A DNA stretch of 64,000 nucleotides. Origin: an uncultured Chloroflexia bacterium (GTDB lineage: Bacteria; Chloroflexota; Dehalococcoidia; SZUA-161). The notes beneath the pieces are model-generated. The model did no database searches and was not told where the DNA came from. It saw nothing but the letters and a program-made list of their open reading frames with translations. A program made the translations under genes and the position numbers. Positions 10,106 to 20,942 of this stretch are shown piece after piece (position 1 is the first letter of the stretch; each line of letters opens with the position of its first letter). Where the stretch lies: positions 2,324 through 66,323 of the forward strand of contig CAWHAI010000022.1 in the NCBI GenBank assembly GCA_963827295.1, read 5' to 3'.

Positions 10106-10360
10106 TCATGCAGTGACCTTGTAGACATGGTCTCCAGATCGTACCCTGTCAGGGACCTTGATTCCTATGGAATCCCCGGCTTTTGCCTCCTGCACATTCA
10201 CGTTGTGGATTTGCATCGACTCGATTGTAACCTCAACGTCGGTGGTGTGACCCTTGATGTGGATTTTGTCACCGACCTTGACAGGCGCAGTCAGGTCGAT
10301 GCCTGCCACTACCGGGCGGGCGAAGAAGGTGCTCACCTTACCAACTTCCTGCTCAGGCAT
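10106..10360 (-). CDS. small EF-Tu-domain-2-like (translation elongation factor-like) beta-barrel protein
   Basis: 84 aa from the ATG at 10360 (AGGAGG RBS). VKVGDKIHIKGHTTD...AKAGDSIGIKV...GDHVY resembles a GTP_EFTU_D2 barrel. Confidence 0.55.
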   Translation of the reverse strand: MPEQEVGKVSTFFARPVVAGIDLTAPVKVGDKIHIKGHTTDVEVTIESMQIHNVNVQEAKAGDSIGIKVPDRVRSGDHVYKVTA

Positions 10361-10477
10361 TTTTAAACCTCCTCCCTTTTTACCTCCGCTTATTTTGTCT
10401 GAAGTGGTTGATAGTATAGCCATTCTTTTTTGGTAAATCAACGCCTGAGAGGGTTCAAAATGATTCCACCCCACTTG

Positions 10478-10507
10478 TTGACAATAAGCAAGCGATAGGA
10501 CTATAAT
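10478..10507 (+). promoter_or_regulatory. sigma-70 type promoter of dinB
   Basis: TTGACA (10478-10483), 18-nt spacer, TATAAT (10502-10507). Confidence 0.65.
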
Positions 10508-10512
10508 CTTTT

Positions 10513-10526
10513 AGAACATATGTTCT
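10513..10526 (+). promoter_or_regulatory. LexA (SOS/Cheo) box AGAACATATGTTCT
   Basis: Perfect GAAC-N4-GTTC palindrome 6 nt after the -10 element and 16 nt before the dinB start. Confidence 0.75.
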
Positions 10527-10541
10527 TACAAAGAATATGAA

Positions 10542-11759
10542 ATGGCTCGTTGCATCTTTCATATCGACCTAGACGCCTTTTTCGTCTCTGTGGAGCAGGT
10601 GCTCAATCCTGCCCTGCGAGGCAAGCCTGTGGTGGTCGGCGGCGACCCCAAGGGACGTGGCGTGGTCGCCTGTGCCTCTTATGAAGCGCGAACCTATGGG
10701 CTGAAATCAGGCATGCCTCTGGGCAAGGCACATCGTCTGTGTCCCCACGCCATCTTCCTGAGTGGCAACTTCCATCACTACCGCGACGCTTCTGAGAAGT
10801 TCATGGCGATGCTGAGCGAGCTCACGCCAGACATCGAGCCTATAGGTCTGGAGGAGGCTTATCTGGACCTCACCGGCTTCGAGCCACTCTACGGTCCTGC
10901 CAGGGAGACTGCGCTGGGCATAAAGCACCGGATAAAAGACGAGTTGGGTATAACAGCCTCCGTAGGGATCGCAACCTCTAAGGTAGTGGCCAAGGTCGCC
11001 TCCGGTCTGTCCAAGCCCGATGGTCTGATAGAGATCCCACCGGGCGAGGAACGGCTTTTCCTCGCCCCTTTACCGATTTCCAAACTACCATTTGTCGGAA
11101 TTAGAGCTGAGAGCACGCTGAGAAGGATGGGCATCTCAACTATAGGCGAATTAAGCCGCCTGCCTCTCCCTTTTCTAAAGCAATCCTTAGGCATACAGGG
11201 CGAGGTGCTGTATCGCTACGCCAACGGCATAGATAACAGCAAGGTGGAGCCGTTCGGCCCACCCAAGTCCATAAGCCGCTCCACCACATTCAACGAGGAT
11301 ACTTTGAACCGCAGCTTTCTCAAATCAGTGCTGCATTACCTGACCGAGCGGGTAGGCGCCGAACTGCGCGACCAGGGCAAATCGGCGAGGTGCATAACCC
11401 TGAAGCTGAGATACACCGATTTCCAGACCATAACCCGTAATCATACCTTGAAGCAAGCTATCGATACCGATTGGACTATCTTCGAAATTGGATGTGGCTT
11501 ACTGGATAAGGCGCTGGAGCAGAGGGCTGTGCCGGTGCGGCTCATCGGCATCGGGGTATCGCACCTGGTCGAGGGAAGGCAGCTCAATATGCTTGACCCC
11601 TGGGCTGAGCTGCTGGAGGGGCTCAACCTGGCTATAGACCGCATTCGAGATAAATACGGCTTCACCGCCATCGAGGTTGGCTGCACCCTGCCTCTGAGGG
11701 AGGTGTTCCCCACCGAGGACAATCGCTATCTCTTAAGAACCCCTTCGTTGTCACGGTAG
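10542..11759 (+). CDS. dinB: DNA polymerase IV
   Basis: 405 aa intact. IFHIDLDAFFVSVEQ...VVVGG...ASYEAR..G...SIDEAYLD-like LEEAYLDLTG. Confidence 0.9.
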   Translation: MARCIFHIDLDAFFVSVEQVLNPALRGKPVVVGGDPKGRGVVACASYEARTYGLKSGMPLGKAHRLCPHAIFLSGNFHHYRDASEKFMAMLSELTPDIEPIGLEEAYLDLTGFEPLYGPARETALGIKHRIKDELGITASVGIATSKVVAKVASGLSKPDGLIEIPPGEERLFLAPLPISKLPFVGIRAESTLRRMGISTIGELSRLPLPFLKQSLGIQGEVLYRYANGIDNSKVEPFGPPKSISRSTTFNEDTLNRSFLKSVLHYLTERVGAELRDQGKSARCITLKLRYTDFQTITRNHTLKQAIDTDWTIFEIGCGLLDKALEQRAVPVRLIGIGVSHLVEGRQLNMLDPWAELLEGLNLAIDRIRDKYGFTAIEVGCTLPLREVFPTEDNRYLLRTPSLSR

Positions 11760-11819
11760 ACAAAGCGCTTCCATTTTGAGTATGCTGGCGCTATACTTAC
11801 GCCATATTGGAGGTACACA

Positions 11820-12652
11820 ATGGCTGTTCGTATAACCACCTTGAGCGAGAATACTGCCCAACTGGGCTTCCTCGGCGAATGGGGCTTGAGCATCCTGGTG
11901 GAGACGGAAAGCGCCAAGGTCCTGTTGGATACCGGCATGAGCATATCGGCTGTCCACAATGCTGACCTCATGGGCATCGACCTTTCCACCATAGACAAGA
12001 TTGTGCTCAGCCATGCTCACGGAGACCATACAGGTGGTCTGCGCGAGGTGCTGAGGAGAGTGCGGAAAGGTATCGAGGTCATAGCTCATCCGGATATATG
12101 GATACCGAAATATGTGCACTATGGCGAGATCAGTCGCTATGCTGGTATACCTTACGTAAGAGAAGGACCTCGAGGCGCTTGGCGCCACTTTTAAGCTTAG
12201 TAAGAGAGCCGTTCAAGATTAGCGATGACATGATGACCACCGGCGAGATAGAGATGACCAATGATTACGAGACGATTGACGACAGGCTATATCTAAAGAA
12301 GGACACTCGGATGATACCCGACCCTCTCGCTGACGACCTCGCTCTAATAATTCGAACCAGTGAAGGACTGGCGTTGATTACAGGATGTGCCCACCGCGGC
12401 ATCGTCAATACCGTCCGCCATGTTCAGAAGCTCACCAAAGGTGAACACATACATACCATAATCGGCGGCATGCATCTCATGGTAGCTTCGCCGGAGCGTA
12501 TCGAAAAAACCACCCTTGAGCTTAAGGAGCTTGGTCTGCAAAGGCTGGGCGTGTCCCATTGCACCGGTTTCAACGCCTCCTCAGTTTTGGCTAGGGAATT
12601 GGGAGATGTTTTCTTCCTCAATAATGCAGGAACTCAGCTAACCATAGATTAG
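11820..12652 (+). CDS. MBL-fold metallo-hydrolase (frame broken, probably twice, 12150-12215)
   Basis: LSHAHGDHTGGL in the first frame. LEALGATFKLSK appears in a second frame. EPFKISDDMMTTGEI...ITGCAHRGIVN...GGMHL continues in a third. Confidence 0.75.
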
Positions 12653-12723
12653 GGACTTCCTTTCTCTGAAGGATGCCCCTAATTCTTGAATTGGCTCCTC
12701 CCCACAGTTATACTTTACTTATT

Positions 12724-13920
12724 GTGAAATACTGCGTTGTGATAATCGACGGTGCTTCGGGCTGGCCACTCCCAGAGCGTGGTGGAAAGACCTGCCTGGA
12801 GCTGGCACACACCCAAACCTCGACCGGATGGCAAGGGAGGGCACTCTCGGCCTGGTGCAGACCGTGCCGCAAGGGATGGAGCCATCCAGCGCCTGTGCCT
12901 GCATGTCCATACTGGGCTACGACCCCAAAGTCTACTATAAAGGCCGGAGTGCCATCGAGGCGGCCAGCATGAGCATCCCTATCAATAAAGGCGAAGTAGC
13001 CTTTCGCTGCAATCTGGTCGCTGTTCGCGATGGCAAAATGTGGGACTACAGCGCAGGGCACATCGGAGACAGCGAGGCCCATGCCTTGGTTGAAGCGCTG
13101 AACGAAAGCCTTGGGAACAAGGAAATACATTTCTACCCTGGCGTTGGTTACAGGCACATCTGCAAGATAAAAGGGCATACAGATACCCTTAAAGCCGTTT
13201 GTACGCCGCCGCACGACATCCCGAATAAGCCCATTGATAAATACCTCCCGCATGGCCCTGGGAGCGACCTGTTGCGAGACCTCATGGCACGCTCTATAGA
13301 AGTGCTGCGCAACCATCCTGTGAACAAGGCGCGCCAGTCCCGAGGAGAGCCCCCGGCTACCATGATCTGGCTCTTCTGGGGCAGCGGTGAAATCCCTGAA
13401 TTGCCCTCCTTCAAAGAAGTCTACGGCCTTAGCGCAGCCATGACCTCTGGTGTCGACCTTCTTAAGGGTCTGGCTAAGATGGCTGCAATTGAGAACCTGG
13501 ATATCCCCGGAGTAACTGACGGCATGGACAATGATTGCACTGCACAAACAGCAGAGTGCGCTGAAGGCGCTAGAAAGACATGACCTGGTAGTCATGCATA
13601 TCGAAGCGCCCGATGAGTCCGCCCATGGGGGTCGCATCGATGACAAGATAGAAGCCATAGAGCGCGTGGATAAAGAGGTAATAGGCAAGCTAATGGCATA
13701 TAAAAAGGATAGTTTTCGTGTACTGGCCTTGCCTGACCATGCCACACCTATCGAGGTTAGAACCCATGTTGCAGACTCGGTCCCATTTATGCTCTGGGGG
13801 ACAGGTTTTAAAGCCAAAGGCGCCAAGTCGTTCAGTGAAAAAGAGGCCAAAAATACTGGAATTTTCATCAAAGATGGATATACTATCATGAGTAAGCTAA
13901 TCCAAACTGATGTCGTTTAG
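12724..13920 (+). CDS. cofactor-independent phosphoglycerate mutase, archaeal ApgM-like / 'proposed homoserine kinase' subfamily (frame breaks at 12812-12814 and ~13550)
   Basis: GTG start gives [27 protein letters not shown] appears after restoring one C in a C-run. [12 protein letters not shown] and LPDHATP metal-site motifs follow. Confidence 0.8.
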
Positions 13921-14057
13921 TCATTGGGGAGTGCAGAGGGGCAAAGCCCCTTTTGCCAGTGGTTTGGGGGTGTCCACCCCAGCATCTACAAGACACCCAG
14001 GACTGGGGGGATTTAGGGGGGTTGAAAAGAGTTGCTGACGACTCTACAAGGGAGAGG

Positions 14058-15282
14058 ATGATGGCAATAGTTGTGCAAAAGTATGGCGGCAGCTCGGTGG
14101 CTGACGCTGACAAGATTAAGAACGTCGCCCGCCGCGCTATAGCAGCCCAAGAGAGGGGTAACCAGGTAGTGGTGGTAGTCTCAGCCATGGGCAAGACCAC
14201 TGACAACCTGATCAAACTTGCCCAGCAGGTTACAGACGAGCCAGACGAACGCGAGCTGGATTTCCTACTCTCCACCGGTGAGATCGTGTCCTGCACCCTC
14301 CTGGCAATGGCATTGAAGGCAATGGGAGCGAAAGCGATCAGCCTCAGCGGCGCACAGGCGGGGATAAAAACCGATGCCGTCCATAGCCGTGCACGCATCC
14401 TGGGAATCGATCCTCGCCGTGTCACCAAGGAGCTTAATAGAGATAAGATTGTAATAGTTGCTGGTTTTCAGGGCATTACGGACAAGATGGATATCACTAC
14501 GCTCGGCCGAGGCGGCTCGGATACCACAGCAGTGGCATTGGCTATAAGTCTGAAGGCAGATAGTGTGCGAGATATATACCGATGTCGATGGCGTATACAC
14601 AGCCGACCCCAGGCTTGTCCCTGAGGCAAGATGGCTGAAAGAGATAGGTTACGAGGAGATGCTGGAATTGGCATCCTACGGTTCCAAGGTTATGCACTCC
14701 CGTGCTGTTGAGCTGGGTGAGCTATATAAAATGCCCATACTGGTAGCTTCAAGTTTCAGCAATAATCCAGGTACCCTTATTCATGGAGGTGCTTCTATGG
14801 AAGTCAGAAATAAAGTGCAAGGAATTGCCCACGATTTAAACGTGGCTAAAATAACCATAGTCGGTGTTCCCGATAAGCCAGGGGTTGCCAGCGCCATATT
14901 CGACCCCTTGGCTAAGGCGAACATAAGCGTGGATACCATTGTCCAGAATGCCAGCATCAATAAAGTCACTGATCTCACCTTCACTGTAAGCAAGACCGAC
15001 CTAAATAAAGCTATGAAGGTGATCGAGCCTGTAGTCAAAACTGTAAAAGCTCGAGAGTGTGTCAGCGATCCCAAGATGGCTAAGGTAAGTATAGTAGGTG
15101 CCGGTATGCAGAGCGCGCCAGGGTATGCTGCCAGGATGTTTCGTGCCCTCTATGAGGAGGGTATAAACATAGAGCTAATCACTACCTCAGAGATAAGAAT
15201 AACCTGTATTATAGACGAGTCCAAGGTAAACAGCGCCGTTCGTGCCTTGCACAAGGCTTTTGAGCTGGAAAAAGGGGTATAA
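14058..15282 (+). CDS. lysC: aspartate kinase (frame break ~14562)
   Basis: [36 protein letters not shown], then [16 protein letters not shown] in the +1 frame, followed by two ACT domains. Confidence 0.9.
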
Positions 15283-15321
15283 AGATAAGATTCTAAGTGG
15301 GGTATCCAAGCGGTAAAATGG

Positions 15322-15348
15322 GGAGTTGCATCCTGCGGATGCAACTCC
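15322..15348. terminator. 12-bp hairpin between convergent lysC and nfu
   Basis: ggagttgcatcc-tgc-ggatgcaactcc. No long U-tract. Confidence 0.5.
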
Positions 15349-15360
15349 TCATTAAACTCT

Positions 15361-15600
15361 TTAGACTTCGACTACCTCGACTACCTCGGGTACCTGTTCC
15401 TTTATCACCCGCTCCACACCACGATGCAGGGTCATAGCTGCCATGGGGCATCCGCCGCAGGCTCCGGTCAGCTTCACCGTAACCTTACCGTTGCTAACAT
15501 CGACCAGCTCGACATCGCCGCCATCTGCCTGCAGGTGAGGCCTTATCTTAGCTAGAGCAGCCTCTACCTTCTTTCTCGTAGCACCTTGATCTTTCACCAT
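15361..15600 (-). CDS. NifU-like (Nfu) Fe-S cluster domain protein
   Basis: IRPHLQADGGDVELVDV...VKLTGACGGCPMA. Confidence 0.85.
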   Translation of the reverse strand: MVKDQGATRKKVEAALAKIRPHLQADGGDVELVDVSNGKVTVKLTGACGGCPMAAMTLHRGVERVIKEQVPEVVEVVEV

Positions 15601-15710
15601 ATTCCTCCAGAGTCCACAGAGGGACTACTTTAGTCTTGACTCTACCTTAACATTGTGAGGTAGGGTTGTCAACTCGGAGCAATAGCAAGATAGAGATGCC
15701 TAGTAATGCA

Positions 15711-15739
15711 TTGACAACTTAAGATAAACCTGCTAAAAA
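15711..15739 (+). promoter_or_regulatory. candidate rRNA promoter P1
   Basis: TTGACA, 17 nt, TAAAAA(T). Confidence 0.4.
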
Positions 15740-15778
15740 TACTTCCTGTAGCAAGTACAAAATGATGGTCTGACAATC

Positions 15779-15807
15779 TTGACAAAATCATTGAAATCCC
15801 TTAAACT
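15779..15807 (+). promoter_or_regulatory. candidate rRNA promoter P2
   Basis: TTGACA, 17 nt, TAAACT. Confidence 0.4.
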
Positions 15808-15826
15808 ATAAATTCGGTTAATAGCA

Positions 15827-15850
15827 CCTTAACAACTGGATAGTGGAAGG
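15827..15850 (+). other. 5' half of 16S precursor processing stem
   Basis: ccttaacaactggatagtggaagg is complementary (22 of 24) to 17441..17464. Confidence 0.7.
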
Positions 15851-15861
15851 AAGTAAGGTTT

Positions 15862-17359
<1,498 letters not shown>

Positions 17360-17440
17360 AGGGAGTCGTGAGGCTTCGGCCTCAAGAGTTCCAGGTCGGT
17401 CGATGGAGGAAACTCCATCGCGATATCAAGATTACCTCTC

Positions 17441-17464
17441 CCTTCCACTATCCAGAGGTTAAGG
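17441..17464 (+). other. 3' half of 16S precursor processing stem
   Basis: ccttccactatccagaggttaagg pairs with 15827..15850. Confidence 0.7.
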
Positions 17465-17484
17465 TTCTTTTTTGAGCATAAAAC

Positions 17485-17511
17485 GTAGGGGCGCGGTAAC
17501 CGCGCCCCTAC
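17485..17511. terminator. 12-bp GC-rich hairpin; terminator for hypBA (minus strand has a T-run after it) and possibly for rrs
   Basis: gtaggggcgcgg-taa-ccgcgcccctac. The minus-strand continuation is gttttatgctcaaaaaa. Confidence 0.6.
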
Positions 17512-17553
17512 TTGCCTGATACGCTCCACAAGAAGTAAAAAATGACAACGCCC

Positions 17554-17928
17554 TCAGGTCAGGATCTCAATCTTCTTCACTCGACATTCCTTCCCACGTT
17601 CTACTGTTATCTCGCCTGAGCCACACTGCGGGCATTTGAATATTGGGGTCACGAAGTGAAACAGGGGGTCGTCCTTGGTCTCAAGGGTGCCTATATAGCC
17701 ACACGAGGAACAATGCACCTCTGGCTTCACCACCTCAATCTTCAGTTCCGCCTCGCTGGCAGGAGTTTTCTCAAAAGCAAGTTTGATCCAGAACTCCACC
17801 TGCTCCGGATTGAGCAGGGAAAGCTCTCCAATCTCTAGCTCCACCAGTAATATCTTTTTAGCCTCTTGCTTTGCGGATTCCTTGAGGACTAAATCAGCTA
17901 TCGCGTGCGAGATGGAGACTTCGTGCAA
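17554..17928 (-). CDS. hypA: hydrogenase nickel insertion protein HypA
   Basis: MHEVSI start, CSSCGY...CPQCGS zinc site. Confidence 0.9.
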   Translation of the reverse strand: MHEVSISHAIADLVLKESAKQEAKKILLVELEIGELSLLNPEQVEFWIKLAFEKTPASEAELKIEVVKPEVHCSSCGYIGTLETKDDPLFHFVTPIFKCPQCGSGEITVERGKECRVKKIEILT

Positions 17929-17956
17929 ACCACAACCTTCTAGAAAAATAGGAGGG

Positions 17957-18627
17957 CTATAAGCCCAGTGCCTTTGTTACTTCGGCTATCCCCTCTCCGG
18001 TGACGCAGTTCGTCCGTACTGTTTTGATAGTTGGCTTCAACCCACTAAGCTGCTTCTCAAATTCCGCTGGGTCGATACCTGTTGCCTTAGAGAGGTCAGC
18101 CTTGTTAATCGCCACTACATCGGCATCCATAAATGAGAAGGGATGTTTCAGTACCACATAAGGGCCCTCAGTGAGCGAAAGCACCACTATGCGTTTGTGC
18201 GAGCCAAGAGGGAAATCAGCCGGGCAGATGATGTTGCCCACATTTTCAATTAATAGCAAATTCAATTTCTTCAGATCCAATTCCCCGAGCGCTTTCCTCA
18301 CCAGATTGGCATCGAGGTGACATTCCTTGCCGGTGTTTATCTCCAGCACCTCCGCGCCAGCTGATTTTATGCGCTCAGCATCTATGGTCGTAGTAGTATC
18401 TCCCGGCTAAAGCTGCTATGCGATACTTCCTCTTCAAATTCATTTACGAGGTGTTCTACAAGCGAGGTCTTCCCTGAGCCTACTGAGCCCATGATGTCAA
18501 TGGCCAGAATCTTGTGCCTATCCAGGAGCTTCCGGTTCTCCTCAGCCAGCTTACGATTCTTGCGCAGAAAATCCTCGTCCAGCTCGATATCAAAGACCTC
18601 TCCTTCATCAGGTCGAATTATCTTCAA
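17957..18627 (-). CDS. hypB: hydrogenase nickel incorporation GTPase HypB (two frame breaks, ~18400 and ~18426)
   Basis: GSVGSGKTSL P-loop. YRIAALAG and DTTTTIDAERIKSAGAEV lie in shifted frames. Then ECHLDA...ENVGNIICPA...INKADL. Confidence 0.9.
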
Positions 18628-18719
18628 GACTCTCCTTTCAAATACAGTCTGTTAGTATCTAATATTATATCAAGAATATGCTAAAGAGGTTAATATCCAG
18701 ACGTTCCCATATAGAAATA

Positions 18720-18749
18720 TTGATTAAAACATTTATCACATGCTATAAT
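18720..18749 (+). promoter_or_regulatory. candidate promoter of tRNA-Ile
   Basis: TTGATT, 18 nt, TATAAT, ~65 nt upstream of the tRNA. Confidence 0.45.
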
Positions 18750-18812
18750 CGAACTCGCAGAACTTCGCTACCAAAATGAAGATATGCCCCAGCCTCAGGG
18801 GCGTAATATTTT

Positions 18813-18889
18813 GGGCGGGTAGCTCAGTTGGCTAGAGCACTACTCTGATAAAGTAGGGGTCGAAGGTTCGAATCCTTCTCCGCCCACCA
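18813..18889 (+). tRNA. tRNA-Ile (anticodon GAT), CCA encoded
   Basis: Cloverleaf folded by hand: GGGCGGG/TCCGCCC acceptor stem, CTGATAA anticodon loop, GGTTCGAATCC T-arm. Confidence 0.92.
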
Positions 18890-19102
18890 ACAACTCAGTG
18901 TCAATGGACAGCTGTTAGGGGCAACGCTCGGAAACCGTCTTTCAAGTGGGGGGCCTCATCTCGATTGCAGAATCATTATGATTGGAGGAACGCTCCCTCG
19001 TATATTCAACCACCTGCTCCAAAGTCTCGATTTTAAGTAGCCAGATATATGCTATCCATCTAATCATCTTATTTATTCCCATCATTTCGTGTCCGTTTGC
19101 CC

Positions 19103-19318
19103 CTATTGCTCCTCAGGGGTAGTAGGTAAGGAGTTGGGAGCCTCCGTTGATTCCTGAGATTGCTGCTGCTTTAGGCTGTACAGCAAGTATTCCCCCATCA
19201 CTATAAGCACGCAGAGCGCCGTTAAAGGGCACCTTTCACTACAATATCTGCAATACCTTCGGGCCATTTGGCCCAAGCACTCAGGATGTTTGATTACCCT
19301 TAATTTTCTGGTCCCCAA
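19103..19318 (-). CDS. hypothetical Cys-rich small protein (doubtful)
   Basis: 71 aa ORF in an otherwise non-coding tRNA-flanked region. No RBS or family recognised. Confidence 0.2.
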   Translation of the reverse strand: MGTRKLRVIKHPECLGQMARRYCRYCSERCPLTALCVLIVMGEYLLYSLKQQQSQESTEAPNSLPTTPEEQ

Positions 19319-19606
19319 TTTTGTCCTGTCCGCTCTAGTAAATACTCCAATTTGGACTAACGGACTAACGTTATCACCTGTATGAATCTATCAAAATAGT
19401 TAAGTCCGTATATTATTCGGCAAAATACGGACTGTTTGTACCACTTTTTTTCGAGTTTGTCAAGCCCCCTGCGCTTAGAAGTCTGTTTTTTATGACTTCT
19501 TTACTGAGGAAATGCCTTAACTGTAGATTGCTAGAGGTATAAGAGTTCCTCAAACCGAGAGGCAAATGGGGTTATGAGAAGAAAAGGATTTAAGCGAGAT
19601 AAAAAG

Positions 19607-19680
19607 TCGGGGAGACAGGATTTGAACCTGCGACCCCTTGCACCCCATGCAAGTGCGCTACCAGGCTGCGCCACTCCCCG
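19607..19680 (-). tRNA. tRNA-Pro (anticodon GGG)
   Basis: CGGGGAG acceptor stem, ATGGGGT anticodon loop, GGTTCAAATCC T-arm. CCA not encoded. Confidence 0.88.
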
Positions 19681-19993
19681 ATTTCGTTCGCTTATTAACT
19701 TTTGGCAGGTGCTATTACAGCCTTATTAAATATAAGCATCTCGCCTGTTTTTGTCAATCGAAAATTGTCGGCGGTATCGTTCAAATTTGGCTTTTCCTTG
19801 AGTTAACACAACCGCAGCTTTGACCTTCTCAGTTAGCATTCAACCTATTGGCCGTAGTACTAAAGTAGTACTAAATTGGGATATGTAGAAGCGGATTGAT
19901 AGAGTATAGTGCTTTCGATGTACTATCGTGGACGTGCGTCGGGGAAGAAATAGATGTCAGGACTCTCTTAGATAGGAGCCTGGGAGGGATCAC

Positions 19994-20917
19994 ATGAAGT
20001 TCAAGTCATTTAGAATTGTTACTGTGGGAATGCTGGCAATCTTGATTGTGTGTATGTGTTCGGCCTGTAGCAGTCAGGTCGCAGGTAGCGATCAGGTGGC
20101 AACCTATCGCCTTCTCCTGCCGGTGGTGAACGGCCAGGCATAATGGGTAGCGGCTATAACTCGTATGGCTTCGATGATATCCAGGATGTCCAGGACAAAG
20201 TCGATCGGCAGGAATTTTCTTACCGCCGTGATGATCCTGTTACTACGACGTTGCAATTCATGCACGACCGGGAACAATTTGTCCTAACCTGCAATGTGAT
20301 CAGTGCCACACTGGTTTGGGTCGATCCTGATCGCTCCGCCCTAGTTTCCGTCGAGACCGATTGCTGCTGGTATAGATTCATGCTTCAGAAATTGCTGAGG
20401 CAGGACTCCAGCGGTGCATGGTTTGTCGTTGGATACGATTCACAACCCAGGGAATATGGGCCCTTTCTTACCCTCCGGACTCAGAATGTCGACGAGGCTC
20501 AGCAAAACATCCCCTTCGAGATAGTATTGCCCACATATCTGCCCGGGAATATGGAGTCTCCGCCCTGGATTTCGGGACCAGTTGGGAATAATTCAGATGG
20601 AGACTTCTATCTCGTGTCATTAAATTACATTTCCGCTGAGCCCGATGTACATTCTACGGCGTTTATCACGATACAGGAATCAAATCAGCCAGGGAATGAC
20701 AGCGTTAAGACAGGATATGGCCACGAAGTAATCGATGGGGTAGAAGTGCTATGGTATTCGTCTCCTGTGCCTGACACGGATGAAGCTCTCGATATTCGTT
20801 TTTGCCATTTCGTCTGGAATCAGGAGGGACACCGGATACTATGTCGTAATTTTTGGCTTCCCACAGTCCGAAGCCCTGAAAGTGGTAACATCGATGATCC
20901 AGAGTGGGGCATCCTGA
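19994..20917 (+). CDS. DUF4367-like lipoprotein (frame breaks ~20140 and ~20828)
   Basis: GGGAGGGA RBS. The lipoprotein signal MKFKSFRIVTVGMLAILIVCMCSAC is in one frame. The body, with IPFEIVLPTYLPGNM, is in another. The C-terminus DTGYYVVIFGFPQSEALKVVTSMIQSGAS returns to the first frame. Confidence 0.6.
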
Positions 20918-20942
20918 GCGATAAAGGGCGACAGGACTATAC

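Noticed and set aside
12708-13889. 393-aa ORF on the minus strand, the longest ORF in this region of the track
   Set aside because: It is antisense to the well-conserved ApgM-like gene, whose three frame pieces carry clear family motifs. The antisense translation is low-complexity (Ser/Ala/Arg-rich) with no recognisable domain. It is long only because the sense gene is GC-biased.
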